The position numbers and the translations under genes were made by a program. DNA of 64,000 nucleotides, taken from contig CDROCS010000506.1 of assembly GCA_977020255.1 (NCBI GenBank), positions 1,302,001 to 1,366,000 of the forward strand, read 5' to 3'. The DNA comes from Obrimoposthia wandeli (lineage: Eukaryota). The notes below the pieces were generated by a model. It saw nothing but the letters and a program-made list of their open reading frames with translations. It was not told the origin of the DNA and made no database searches. Shown here one piece after another: positions 9,880 to 20,249 of this stretch (position 1 is its first letter; every line of letters starts with the position of its first letter).

Positions 9880-10977
9880 ATGAAACGGAACTTCAAAAAA
9901 TTAGCACTAGCAACTGTGTTACCAACTATACGACCAACCGTGCTTTCCAGCGTAATTATTAGCGCATCACTAGCAGCTACACAAGTACATGCAGGCTGGT
10001 TTGATAAACCTGAACCGACGTTTGCTAAGACTCAATATCCTATTGTGATGGTCGGTGGCGCATTTGCTTTTGATAGTGCCATCGGCATTGATTATTGGTA
10101 TGGCATTACCGATGCACTGCGTGAGCAAGGTGCCGAAGTGTATGTGACGAACCTATCAAGTTCAGAGCTCAACGAAGTACGTGGCGAAGAACTTGTTTAC
10201 GATATCGAGCAGATCCTCGCGTTAACCGGCGCAAACAAAGTCAATCTAATTGCCCATAGCCAAGGTGCCCTCGCCTCACGCTTTGCAGCCAATGATGCAC
10301 GTGTTAGCGAACACATAGCGTCAGTATCTACCTCGCATGGTATGAACAAAGGTACTCACTTCTCTGAAGGTTTCAGAGGTGCTATTGAAGAAGGCAGTAC
10401 CATTGAAAAACTCGGAGTGCCATTGATTAATGTGGTCTTTAACACGCTCGAATTATTATCTGGTAACGAAAATACGACTGACGGTGATTACGATAGCCCT
10501 GCACGTGGTAAACAGGATCTATTACGTCTTGCCCAAGCGACTAACCGTGAGCAAGTCGCACTTTATGCGGCAGAGTTTACTGATATGGCCGTCATGCCAA
10601 CCCAAGACTGTATGACGATCAATAATGGTGAGCAAGGTGAAGTTGATTCAAGTTTTTATGGTCAAACAGAATCAAACGGCATTAAATTCTATTCATGGGG
10701 TGGTAATGAATACAGCACCAATGCCCTTGACCCACTCGATTCAATGCTGGTGCCGATCTTCGGACTGTTTGTACCGGAATATAAAGAGGCCGATGGTTTT
10801 CAATGGGATGGTTTAGTACCAGTGTGTGGCCAAGCGATTGGTAAAGTAATAAAACTCGATTATAACGCTAACCACTTTGATGCAATTAACCAGTTAATGG
10901 GGCTTGGTAGTTGGAAGTTAAATATTCCTGCGATTTACACTAAGCATGCCAATATGCTAGCGCAGCAAGGCTTATAA
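9880..10977 (+). CDS. Secreted triacylglycerol lipase (proteobacterial family I type)
   Basis: Signal peptide; TQYPIVMVGG, nucleophile elbow AHSQG, WDGLVP (Asp), NHFDAINQ (His); directly followed by a foldase gene. Confidence 0.88.
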   Translation: MKRNFKKLALATVLPTIRPTVLSSVIISASLAATQVHAGWFDKPEPTFAKTQYPIVMVGGAFAFDSAIGIDYWYGITDALREQGAEVYVTNLSSSELNEVRGEELVYDIEQILALTGANKVNLIAHSQGALASRFAANDARVSEHIASVSTSHGMNKGTHFSEGFRGAIEEGSTIEKLGVPLINVVFNTLELLSGNENTTDGDYDSPARGKQDLLRLAQATNREQVALYAAEFTDMAVMPTQDCMTINNGEQGEVDSSFYGQTESNGIKFYSWGGNEYSTNALDPLDSMLVPIFGLFVPEYKEADGFQWDGLVPVCGQAIGKVIKLDYNANHFDAINQLMGLGSWKLNIPAIYTKHANMLAQQGL

Positions 10978-11034
10978 CATTCACAGACCAAAGCTCAAAT
11001 GAGCGTTGTTTTGGTCTTTTATTAGGGTGATAGA

Positions 11035-11961
11035 ATGCATAAAATTAAAAAATCAGCGGCTATTATCGGCCTCTTTATTATCACTGCCACGGGGGGCTAT
11101 ATATTTAACAACAAGGTATCGAACAATCAATCAACAGCCAATATAACCGATCAACCCACAACCAATGAACTTCGCCACATTACTAATACTGCCTCAGATA
11201 AAATTAAAGCCACAAGCTTTACATCGCCAATGATAGGGCGTAAAAAAAACGTTTCCACCGAAACTGAAGTTGATATTAACATGCCAAAATCACTGCATAA
11301 TACCGATCCCAGCAGCTTGGTCCATGTTGATAATGATAACCAACTGGTTTTAAATCATGATATTAAAGTATTATTCGACTATTTTTTTAGCTCTGAAGGT
11401 GACTTAAGCCCTGAAGAGCTACTCGCGAGTATGCAACAATATATAGAGCGGGCTTACCCACAGCCAGCCGCCAAGCAAGCGTTACGATTATTGGATAAGT
11501 ATTTGAACTATAAACAACAGATGGGCTATTTCTATGCACAAAATACCACATTACAAGATTTACCCGAGCTAAATAGCCTAAGTAATCGTAACACTTTACA
11601 AACAGTTGAGACCTTGATGCAAGATCGTCAGGACATGCGAGAAAGCATATTCTCTACAACAGAAACAGACGCGATGTTTGGTCAGGAAATTAATTATGAT
11701 CAGTACATGCTCACAATAGCCAAACTCGATGCTGATTTATCACCAACTGAACGTCAACAACAAATAGCACAAACAGCTGAGCAATACCTAACAGCACAAC
11801 AACGAGAAAGCCGTAAGCAAACTTTTATACTGCAAAGCACACCACCCAATTTTAGTATTAACAGTGATGGGGTATGTCAGGGTAATGACCACGACTTTAC
11901 CGCGCAACAAGTCACAGCGCTATGTAAACTGGCTCGCGATAGGCTTACTCGGAGTAATTAA
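11035..11961 (+). CDS. Lipase-specific foldase (Lif/lipase chaperone)
   Basis: N-terminal TM anchor; KVLFDYFFSS resembles the Lif motif RxxFDY(F/C)L(S/T)A; helical body; adjacent to the lipase. Confidence 0.8.
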   Translation: MHKIKKSAAIIGLFIITATGGYIFNNKVSNNQSTANITDQPTTNELRHITNTASDKIKATSFTSPMIGRKKNVSTETEVDINMPKSLHNTDPSSLVHVDNDNQLVLNHDIKVLFDYFFSSEGDLSPEELLASMQQYIERAYPQPAAKQALRLLDKYLNYKQQMGYFYAQNTTLQDLPELNSLSNRNTLQTVETLMQDRQDMRESIFSTTETDAMFGQEINYDQYMLTIAKLDADLSPTERQQQIAQTAEQYLTAQQRESRKQTFILQSTPPNFSINSDGVCQGNDHDFTAQQVTALCKLARDRLTRSN

Positions 11962-11984
11962 AATAACTCGATTAGATAAATATG

Positions 11985-12030
11985 AAAAAGGCTCACTACG
12001 TGATGTTATTCACGCTGGTGAGCCTTATTT
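11985..12030. terminator. Terminator between convergent lif and pomB
   Basis: AAGGCTCAC..CGTGA-tgttat-TCACG..GTGAGCCTT interrupted stem with A and T flanks. Confidence 0.6.
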
Positions 12031-12060
12031 ACAGCCAAAAGTTAGATTTTAGGTAGGTAA

Positions 12061-12972
12061 TTATTTCACTACATTTAACGGCTCAGATAGTTTTGCTTTA
12101 CCTTGCATAATACTAATTTCAACACGACGGTTACGGCGTAATTCACTTTTAACATCAGTTAACGGATGAGTATCAGCCATACCTTGTACGATCAAACGGT
12201 TTTCAGTGAAATCTTTTACTTTTAGCATTTCATGGGCAACTGACACAGCGCGTTGACTCGACAAGTCCCATTTAGACCGGTAAAGCTCAGAATGTAATTG
12301 TTCTTTACCAGTATGCCCAGCGACGGTGATAATACCCGGTATAGTTGCTAATAATTGCGCTACCTTTTGGATCACAGGGCGGAATCGTGGTTGCAAAAAT
12401 GCAGAACCAGCAGGGAATGAGCCCTTTTCATTAATACGAATAATAATTTGTTGTCCTAGATTTTCAACTTCAACGCCACCACTATCCACTTCTTCTTTTA
12501 ATGCTTCAGCCAACGCTTTAACCAATTCACTGGTATCTTCTGTCACTTCAACATTTTCTGTCGGGGTGTTATCACGGGTCGAGGTCTCGGTTGATTTACC
12601 GCCATTACTGTCTTCATCGAGTTTGTTTTTACCACCCGCATTTTGATCTTCACCATCTTTGAAATCTAATTCAGCTTCACTGTTATCAATCGTGTGCTGC
12701 ATGATGGTTTCAATTGGTGTGGGATCCGGACGACCTGGACGAAACTCCTGCGCAATCACAGTTGTACCCTTGGGGATATTCTTTACATCAATTTGATTTT
12801 GGACACCAAAGGCAAACTGCATCGAACCTGCAATTTGCTTAAATTTAACCACATCCATTTCTGAAAATGACAGCAGTAATACAAAGAAGCACATTAATAG
12901 GCTCATTAAATCGGCAAATGTACCCATCCAGGCGGGGAGTCCTGGAGGTGGGCAATCACATTCATCTGACAT
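12061..12972 (-). CDS. pomB: Na+-driven flagellar stator protein PomB
   Basis: PPPGLPAWMGTFADLMSLLMCFFVLLLSFSEMD; OmpA-like C-terminus RNRRVEI. Confidence 0.95.
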   Translation of the reverse strand: MSDECDCPPPGLPAWMGTFADLMSLLMCFFVLLLSFSEMDVVKFKQIAGSMQFAFGVQNQIDVKNIPKGTTVIAQEFRPGRPDPTPIETIMQHTIDNSEAELDFKDGEDQNAGGKNKLDEDSNGGKSTETSTRDNTPTENVEVTEDTSELVKALAEALKEEVDSGGVEVENLGQQIIIRINEKGSFPAGSAFLQPRFRPVIQKVAQLLATIPGIITVAGHTGKEQLHSELYRSKWDLSSQRAVSVAHEMLKVKDFTENRLIVQGMADTHPLTDVKSELRRNRRVEISIMQGKAKLSEPLNVVK

Positions 12973-13013
12973 AGGTTATCTCTCTACTTATTCTGCTGTC
13001 ATCTTGAAACTAA

Positions 13014-13778
13014 CTAAACGTCGCCATCGGCCACTTCACGTTTTGATGTGTTGAGGTAATTCTTTAACAAACTTTCGATTACCCTTGGATTACGCCCTTC
13101 TTGAATACCTAAAATAGCATCCATGATCAGCGTGTTATTGAGCATTTCTTCTTCAGAACGCAATTTCAGTTTACCGGCAATCGGGATCGCGATCATATTG
13201 GCAAAAACAGCGCCATATAATGTGGTTAACAAGGCAACCGCCATCGCTGGGCCAATCGATTTAGGGTCATCCATGTTGGATAACATAGCTACCAGCCCAA
13301 TCAGCGTACCGATCATGCCCATCGCAGGCGCAACTTCACCGATCATCGTAAACACATGAATACCGGCTTTATGACGCGCGGTCGTCAGTTTAATGTCTTT
13401 TTGTAATGTTTGGCTTACAACTGTTGCATCGTGGCCATCGACAAGTAAATCGATGCCTTTTTGCATAAATGCATTTTTTACTTCCGCTTCTTCCAGGGCT
13501 AAAAAACCACCTTTACGGGCGGCATCTGCCATTTCAACAGCTTGTTCGATTAAGTCTTCTGGTTTATCGATTTTGAACATGAATGCTTTAATCGCAATTT
13601 TAGCAGCAGCTAAAAATTGACCAAAATTAAAATGCATCAATACCACGAAGAGTGAGCCGATAAATACAATCAACACTGACTGCGTATCAACAAACGTGCT
13701 TATATCGCCACCGAGTACCATTGCCATTACAACAAAGGCAAACGAGCCGATCAATCCTATTAAAGTTGCTAAATCCAC
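13014..13778 (-). CDS. pomA: Na+-driven flagellar stator protein PomA (GTG start)
   Basis: VDLATLIGL, ARKGGFLALE, PAMGMIGTLIGLV, AVALLTTLYG. Confidence 0.95.
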   Translation of the reverse strand: MDLATLIGLIGSFAFVVMAMVLGGDISTFVDTQSVLIVFIGSLFVVLMHFNFGQFLAAAKIAIKAFMFKIDKPEDLIEQAVEMADAARKGGFLALEEAEVKNAFMQKGIDLLVDGHDATVVSQTLQKDIKLTTARHKAGIHVFTMIGEVAPAMGMIGTLIGLVAMLSNMDDPKSIGPAMAVALLTTLYGAVFANMIAIPIAGKLKLRSEEEMLNNTLIMDAILGIQEGRNPRVIESLLKNYLNTSKREVADGDV

Positions 13779-13837
13779 AACATTCCCCATCCCAAGCAAA
13801 TTATCATCATATTTCTAGCGAGTGCGTTCATTGAACT

Positions 13838-13865
13838 ATATCGGCAAGCAAACAAATATCTTAAG
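13838..13865 (-). promoter_or_regulatory. Sigma28 (FliA)-type promoter for pomAB
   Basis: Minus strand CTTAAG-N14-GCCGATAT, about 60 nt upstream of the pomA start; resembles the CTAAAG-N14-GCCGATAA flagellar consensus. Confidence 0.65.
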
Positions 13866-13963
13866 TGATCTTGTCTTGCTTATCACTGTCATCTCACAGT
13901 TAAGCTGTATATACCTTATTAACTTGGGTATAATACCCGAGTATATTATCAGAGGGACACCCG

Positions 13964-14209
13964 ATGGCGGTAAAAAAACCGGAAAATATGACGTTTGAGG
14001 CGTCTATTGCAGAGTTAGAGACAATTGTGAACAGCTTAGAGCAAGGTGATAGTGAACTTGATAATGCGTTGAAGCAATTTGAACGTGGTATTAGCTTAAC
14101 ACGCGCGAGCTCACAAAAACTGCAGCATGCTGAACAGCAAGTAGCCATATTACTCGCCAACGGTGACCAGCAAACGCTCGCACCTTTCAATTCTGACAGT
14201 AGTAATTAA
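13964..14209 (+). CDS. xseB: Exodeoxyribonuclease VII small subunit
   Basis: MAVKKPENMTFEASIAELETIV..LE.G...L..AL..FERG; precedes ispA-dxs. Confidence 0.95.
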   Translation: MAVKKPENMTFEASIAELETIVNSLEQGDSELDNALKQFERGISLTRASSQKLQHAEQQVAILLANGDQQTLAPFNSDSSN

Positions 14210-14211
14210 TA

Positions 14212-15102
14212 GTGCAGCTTTCAAACTCAATTGCCCAATATCAGGGCCGTATCAATGACTATTTGCAACAGCAAATAAACTTGTTACCAACACATGACAC
14301 GCAACTTGCAGCCGCAATGGAATATGGTTTATTACAGGGCGGTAAACGTGTTCGCCCCGTGATCGTATATATCGTCGGTGAAATGCTTGGTGTTAATTTA
14401 CGCGATCTTGATGGTCCAGCCGCTGCAGTCGAATCAATTCATGCGTATTCATTAATTCATGATGATTTACCGGCCATGGATGATGATGATTTACGCCGTG
14501 GCCTGCCGACTTGCCATATTAAATTCGATCATGCTACCGCTATCTTAGCCGGTGATGCATTACAACCTTTCGCATTCGAACTGCTATTGGATTGTGCACT
14601 CGCGCCTGAAGCCGAAAAAAATCGTTTAACCATGCTGAAATCACTGACTCAAGCCAGTGGTTATCATGGTATGTGTGGTGGTCAGGCAATGGATTTAGCC
14701 GCAACCGATAAACAGGTTTCGTTGGCACAACTTGAAGCCATTCACAATAATAAAACCGGTGCACTTATTAATTGCGCTGCAAAGCTGGGTTGCCTCGCAT
14801 CACCACTTTGCTCGGTTGAATTATTGACGGCATTAGATAAATGGTCAAACGCCATTGGTTTAGCATTCCAAGTTCAAGATGACATTCTCGATATAATCAG
14901 TGATACTGAAACGCTGGGTAAACCACAAGGCTCGGATGTTGAATTAAATAAATCAACATATCCGGCACTACTCGGTTTAGCTGGGGCACAAGAAAAAGCC
15001 CAAGATCTGTATCAACAAGCGATGTTTGCCTTAGAAACCATTCCGCATGATACCAGCACTCTCGCTTTATTTACGCAGTACATCATCGAGCGAAATAAGT
15101 AA
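14212..15102 (+). CDS. ispA: Farnesyl diphosphate synthase
   Basis: GGKRVRP, DDLPAMDDDDLRRG, FQVQDDILD. Confidence 0.96.
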   Translation: MQLSNSIAQYQGRINDYLQQQINLLPTHDTQLAAAMEYGLLQGGKRVRPVIVYIVGEMLGVNLRDLDGPAAAVESIHAYSLIHDDLPAMDDDDLRRGLPTCHIKFDHATAILAGDALQPFAFELLLDCALAPEAEKNRLTMLKSLTQASGYHGMCGGQAMDLAATDKQVSLAQLEAIHNNKTGALINCAAKLGCLASPLCSVELLTALDKWSNAIGLAFQVQDDILDIISDTETLGKPQGSDVELNKSTYPALLGLAGAQEKAQDLYQQAMFALETIPHDTSTLALFTQYIIERNK

Positions 15103-15135
15103 CAGATTCTAACAAAGTATAAAATTATAAAAATT

Positions 15136-17001
15136 ATGAGCTTAGATATTTCGAACTACCCTACATTGGCATTAGCAGACATTCCAGAAGAATTGCGTCA
15201 ATTACCTGCTGATCGCTTAGATGATTTATGCGATGAACTGCGTAGCTATTTATTACAGTCGGTTGGTAAAAGTGGCGGTCACTTTGCGTCTGGTTTAGGC
15301 GTTGTTGAGCTAACAGTTGCCTTGCATTATGTTTACAACACACCATACGACAAGTTGTTATGGGATGTTGGTCATCAAGCCTACCCACACAAGATCTTAA
15401 CTGGTCGTCGCGACCGCATGTCGACTATTCGTCAGAAAGGTGGTTTACACCCTTTTCCTTGGCGTGATGAAAGTGAATATGACCACCTTAATGTAGGTCA
15501 TTCATCAACTTCGATCAGTGCCGCGCTTGGCCTTGCAGTTGCAGCCGAACAAGAAGATAAGAACCGCAAAACAGTGGCAATCATTGGCGATGGTGCTATC
15601 ACTGGCGGCATGGCATTTGAAGCGTTAAACCACGCTGGTCATATTAACAAAGACGTACTTGTGATCTTAAATGATAACGATATGTCTATTTCTGAAAACG
15701 TCGGCGCAGTAAATAAGCACTTAGCTAAACTATTGTCTGGTGTAGCCTACTCAAGTTTCCGTGAAAACGGTAAAAAAGTACTTTCAGGTATACCGCCAAT
15801 TAAAGAACTTGCGCGTCGTGCGGAAGAACATTTAAAAGGCATGGTTGTACCTAGCACTTTATTTGAAGAATTTGGTTTTAACTATATAGGTCCAATTGAC
15901 GGCCATGATGTAAATGGTTTAGTTGAAACACTGCGTAATATGCGCAGCTTAAAAGGTCCACAGTTTTTACACGTGGTAACGAAGAAAGGTAAAGGCTATG
16001 CGCCAGCTGAACAAGATCAGCTGGGTTATCATGCCGTGCCTAAATTCAACCCAGAAGAAGATACGTTACCGGTAGCAGCGCCATCAAAACCAACTTTCTC
16101 CAAGATATTTGGTAACTGGTTATGTGACGTTGCAGCTACAGATAACAAACTAGCGGCTGTAACACCTGCGATGGGTGCAGGCTCAGGCATGATTAAGTTC
16201 TCTGAGACTTACCCAAAACAATATTTTGATGTAGCGATTGCTGAACAACACTGCGTGACTTTCGCTGCGGGTATGGCGATTGGCGGTCATAAGCCTGTTG
16301 TTGCTATCTATTCAACGTTTTTACAACGTGGTTATGATCAACTTATCCATGATGTTGCGATCCAAGACTTACCGGTATTGTTTGCCATTGACCGTGCAGG
16401 TTTAGTTGGCGCTGATGGTCAAACTCATCAAGGTGCGTTTGATATTAGCTTTATGCGTTGTATCCCGAAAATGGTGATCATGACGCCAAGTGACGAAAAC
16501 GAATGTCGTCAAATGCTACATACTGGTTACCAATATAATGGCCCTGCGGCAGTACGTTACCCTCGTGGCAGCGGTACTGGCATTGATGTTGAGCAAGCAT
16601 TTACTGAATTTGAAATCGGTAAAGGTGTTGTTCGTCGTCAAGGTGAAAAAGTGGCAATTTTATGTTTCGGTACCTTAATGCATAACGCTATTCCAGCGGC
16701 TGAACGCTTAAATGCGACGGTTGTTGATATGCGTTTTGCTAAGCCTCTTGATGAAGCGTTATTAGCTGTAATGGCTAAGACTCATGATATCTTAGTAACG
16801 ATTGAAGATGGCGCTATCATGGGCGGTGCAGGCTCAGGTGTGAATGAATACTTGATGGCGAATAAGTTAATGACTCCAACATTAAACTTAGGTCTGCCAG
16901 ATCAGTTTGTACACCAAGGTACACAAGATGAAATCTATGCTGAACTTGGCCTAGATGATATAGGTATTGAAGCCAGTATTAAGGCGTTTATTGCGTTGTA
17001 A
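15136..17001 (+). CDS. dxs: 1-deoxy-D-xylulose-5-phosphate synthase
   Basis: [42 protein letters not shown]. Confidence 0.97.
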   Translation: MSLDISNYPTLALADIPEELRQLPADRLDDLCDELRSYLLQSVGKSGGHFASGLGVVELTVALHYVYNTPYDKLLWDVGHQAYPHKILTGRRDRMSTIRQKGGLHPFPWRDESEYDHLNVGHSSTSISAALGLAVAAEQEDKNRKTVAIIGDGAITGGMAFEALNHAGHINKDVLVILNDNDMSISENVGAVNKHLAKLLSGVAYSSFRENGKKVLSGIPPIKELARRAEEHLKGMVVPSTLFEEFGFNYIGPIDGHDVNGLVETLRNMRSLKGPQFLHVVTKKGKGYAPAEQDQLGYHAVPKFNPEEDTLPVAAPSKPTFSKIFGNWLCDVAATDNKLAAVTPAMGAGSGMIKFSETYPKQYFDVAIAEQHCVTFAAGMAIGGHKPVVAIYSTFLQRGYDQLIHDVAIQDLPVLFAIDRAGLVGADGQTHQGAFDISFMRCIPKMVIMTPSDENECRQMLHTGYQYNGPAAVRYPRGSGTGIDVEQAFTEFEIGKGVVRRQGEKVAILCFGTLMHNAIPAAERLNATVVDMRFAKPLDEALLAVMAKTHDILVTIEDGAIMGGAGSGVNEYLMANKLMTPTLNLGLPDQFVHQGTQDEIYAELGLDDIGIEASIKAFIAL

Positions 17002-17028
17002 GCTTTATCATTACAAACGATAACTAAT

Positions 17029-17068
17029 AAAAAGGCTCTACTCGATTCACATCAAGTAGAGCCTTTTT
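17029..17068. terminator. Bidirectional intrinsic terminator shared by dxs and the dpp operon
   Basis: Perfect 14-bp AAAAAGGCTCTACT / AGTAGAGCCTTTTT inverted repeat. Confidence 0.85.
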
Positions 17069-17094
17069 CGTTTCGCATTTCGCCGAGTTAGTTA

Positions 17095-17270
17095 AAAACG
17101 CTCTACACGCTGTAAATCCATCCCTGGAAGCTTGGGGCTGGCATCCATGCCAGCAACAGTAGGCTTATTTTAACTAATCCGACTCTGCATCAAGGATATT
17201 AGACAGTTTTCACGCAAAAACGCAGCAAGTACATCCATGTAAGCTTAGATTTTTCATCCCTGAAAAATAA
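17095..17270 (-). repeat. Dispersed MITE-like element made of four GGA-loop hairpins
   Basis: Minus strand ATTTTTCA-GGGA-TGAAAAAT, TACA-TGGA-TGTA, GCTGGCA-TGGA-TGCCAGC, TCCA-GGGA-TGGA; related motifs at 25444-25479. Confidence 0.7.
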
Positions 17271-17338
17271 ATTTTGCTTAGAAAAGTCTAAATCCTTTCT
17301 ATGCTGTTTATTCCACACATACTATCGCTTATAAACAG

Positions 17339-18343
17339 CTAAATACGTTGTTCTTCAACAGCGTGACAAGCAATTAACGATTTACCATATTCTGCCAAGC
17401 TTGGCTGTTCAACATTACAACGTTCATTAGCAAACTGACAACGTGCATGGAAAGCACAGCCTTTAGGCGGATCTAATGGTGATGGCAACTCGCCCACCAG
17501 CTTAATACGTTCACGACGATGTGCAGGGTTTAACTGCGGTGTACTTGATAGCAAGGCTTGAGTATACGGATGACGTGGATTAGCAAACAACTCTTCTTTC
17601 GTTGTGTGCTCAACAACGCGGCCCAGATACATCACAATCACGTCATTGGCGATGTGCTCAACCACAGATAAATCATGCGAGATAAACACATAACTTAAAT
17701 TTAGCTCGTCTTGTAAATCCATCATCAAGTTTAATACTTGCGCTTGTACCGATACATCCAGTGCTGAAACAGGCTCATCTGCGACAACCACGTTTGGATC
17801 TAACATCAAGCCACGGGCAATAGCTATACGTTGACGTTGACCACCCGAGAACATATGTGGGTAGCGGTCGTAATGCTCAGTTTTCAAGCCTACTTTAGCC
17901 ATTATCGCCATAGACTTTTCTTTACGCTGGGCTTTAGTTAACTTGGTATTAATTTCTAACGGTTCTTCTAATATTTGCCCCACTTTTTTACGTGGGTTCA
18001 ATGAACCATACGGGTTTTGAAATACGATCTGGATTTTTTGACGTAATACTTTGAATGTGTCTTTATCCATTCTCAATAAATCTTGACCTTGGAAATCAAT
18101 TTCACCATGGGTAGGTGTTTCAATCATCGTCAGCAAACGCCCTAGCGTTGACTTACCACAACCTGACTCGCCTACAATAGCTAACGTCTTACCTGCGTCT
18201 AACGTAAACGATACACCATCTAAGGCTTTAACAGTTGCATCCGGTTTACGGAAACCTTGCTCAACTTGATAATGCTTTTTCAGATCAACCGCTTTTAATA
18301 ATGGTTGTTGCTCTGCAGTATTTATATTTACAACTTCACTCAT
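17339..18343 (-). CDS. dppF: Dipeptide ABC transporter ATP-binding protein DppF
   Basis: [41 protein letters not shown]. Confidence 0.95.
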   Translation of the reverse strand: MSEVVNINTAEQQPLLKAVDLKKHYQVEQGFRKPDATVKALDGVSFTLDAGKTLAIVGESGCGKSTLGRLLTMIETPTHGEIDFQGQDLLRMDKDTFKVLRQKIQIVFQNPYGSLNPRKKVGQILEEPLEINTKLTKAQRKEKSMAIMAKVGLKTEHYDRYPHMFSGGQRQRIAIARGLMLDPNVVVADEPVSALDVSVQAQVLNLMMDLQDELNLSYVFISHDLSVVEHIANDVIVMYLGRVVEHTTKEELFANPRHPYTQALLSSTPQLNPAHRRERIKLVGELPSPLDPPKGCAFHARCQFANERCNVEQPSLAEYGKSLIACHAVEEQRI

Positions 18344-19308
18344 GCTGCAGGTCTCCCTTCAATCGTTAACGGCGTATGACATTTAACCTGACCCAATGGA
18401 CTTTCATGTGCGTCAGGCACTTCTGTGCGACACTTATCCGTTGAATAAGGGCAGCGTGGATTAAGCAGGCAACCTACTGGACGATCATACGCACCGGGTA
18501 CCACACCAGGCAATGCTGCAAGACGTGATTTACCAATAGCTGACTCTGGTGATGACGCTAGCAGTGCTTGTGTATACGGGTGCTTAGGATGTTTAAATAC
18601 TTCCTCAGCAATACCCGTTTCTACGATTTGGCCTGCGTACATCACTACAACGCGATCTGCAACTTCAGCGACTAAGGCTAAATCATGGGTAATAAGTATC
18701 AGACCCATGTTATTTTTCTTTTGCAGGTCAACAAGCAGATCAATGATCTGCGCTTGAATTGTTACATCTAGTGCTGTTGTTGGTTCATCAGCAATCAATA
18801 ATTTAGGATCACAAGCTAATGCCATCGCAATCATCACACGCTGGCTCATACCGCCAGACAGTTGATGCGGGTATACGTTTAAACGGCTTTCCGGCGCTGG
18901 AATACCAACTAGATCAAGCAATTCAATCGCACGCGCTTTACGCACAGCTTTACTGCCGCCTTGATGCACTTTCAATGCTTCCATGATTTGGTAACCAACC
19001 GTGAAACACGGATTTAAACTGGTCATCGCGTCTTGGAAAATCATAGAAATATCAGCACCCGTTAATTTACGGCGCTGTTTTTCAGGCATTTGTAACAGAT
19101 CTTGACCTTCATACAACAAGCTATCTGCTGTGACTTTACCTGGATGTTCAATAAGCCCCATGATCGACATCGAACTTACTGATTTACCAGAGCCAGACTC
19201 GCCAACAATACCAAGGATCTCGCCTTTATCAACACTATAACTAATGTTATCAACCGCTCTGAAGCCGCTGAATGTGACTGATAAGTTTTTAATTTCTAAC
19301 AGTGACAT
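18340..19308 (-). CDS. dppD: Dipeptide ABC transporter ATP-binding protein DppD
   Basis: [37 protein letters not shown]. Confidence 0.95.
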   Translation of the reverse strand: MSLLEIKNLSVTFSGFRAVDNISYSVDKGEILGIVGESGSGKSVSSMSIMGLIEHPGKVTADSLLYEGQDLLQMPEKQRRKLTGADISMIFQDAMTSLNPCFTVGYQIMEALKVHQGGSKAVRKARAIELLDLVGIPAPESRLNVYPHQLSGGMSQRVMIAMALACDPKLLIADEPTTALDVTIQAQIIDLLVDLQKKNNMGLILITHDLALVAEVADRVVVMYAGQIVETGIAEEVFKHPKHPYTQALLASSPESAIGKSRLAALPGVVPGAYDRPVGCLLNPRCPYSTDKCRTEVPDAHESPLGQVKCHTPLTIEGRPAA

Positions 19309-19319
19309 AAACCAACCTC

Positions 19320-20210
19320 TTACTGTTTCAATTTAGGATCAAGTGCATCACGCAGGCCATCACCCATTAAGTTAAATGCTAATACCGTTAGCAAAATAGT
19401 CACACCAGGGAAAGTAACAACCCACCATGCACTTTGCACATATTGACGTGCATCAGCCAGCATAGTGCCCCACTCTGGTGTTGGCGCTTGAGCACCTAAA
19501 CCAAGGAAACCCAGTGCTGCCATATCTAGAATTGCGTTTGAAAAACCTAATGTTGCTTGTACGATAAGCGGTGCTAAACAGTTTGGTAATACTGCGTTGA
19601 ACATGATGCGAATTGGACCAGCACCAGCAATACGTGATGCAATCACATAATCTTTGCTCATTTCTGTCATCGTAGATGCACGCGTTAAACGTACATAATG
19701 CGGAATAGATACCACAGCAATTGAGATTGACGCATTGACAATGCTTGGTCCCATAATGGCTACAATCGCAATCGCCAATAATAGGCTTGGCATTGCTAAC
19801 ATGATATCCACTAAGCGCATGATGATGGTTTCAACACGACCACGGTAATAACCAGCAACTAGACCTAATAAAATCCCTACGCCCAGTGATAATGTGACCA
19901 CTAACATACCAACAAACAGTGATAAACGCGCACCGTGCATAAGACGCGATAAAATATCACGGCCAACAGCATCAGTACCCAGCAAGTAACCACTGGTCCA
20001 CGATGGTGGCTGTAATAGCGCATCACGGAACTGTTCAATTGGCGAATAAGGTGCAATTAAGTCAGCAAATACCGCAATAAAAATAATAATGCAGATATAA
20101 ACCAGACCCACTACGGCGCCTTTGTTTGAACTAAAATATTTCCAAAACTCTTGTAATGGCGTTAACGGCTTCAGCTCTAGCACTGGCGCGTTATTTGAAA
20201 CTTCACTCAT
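19320..20210 (-). CDS. dppC: Dipeptide ABC permease DppC
   Basis: [41 protein letters not shown]. Confidence 0.95.
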   Translation of the reverse strand: MSEVSNNAPVLELKPLTPLQEFWKYFSSNKGAVVGLVYICIIIFIAVFADLIAPYSPIEQFRDALLQPPSWTSGYLLGTDAVGRDILSRLMHGARLSLFVGMLVVTLSLGVGILLGLVAGYYRGRVETIIMRLVDIMLAMPSLLLAIAIVAIMGPSIVNASISIAVVSIPHYVRLTRASTMTEMSKDYVIASRIAGAGPIRIMFNAVLPNCLAPLIVQATLGFSNAILDMAALGFLGLGAQAPTPEWGTMLADARQYVQSAWWVVTFPGVTILLTVLAFNLMGDGLRDALDPKLKQ

Positions 20211-20249
20211 ACTCTATTCCTTGTATCCTTTACCCTTGTAGACGATATG

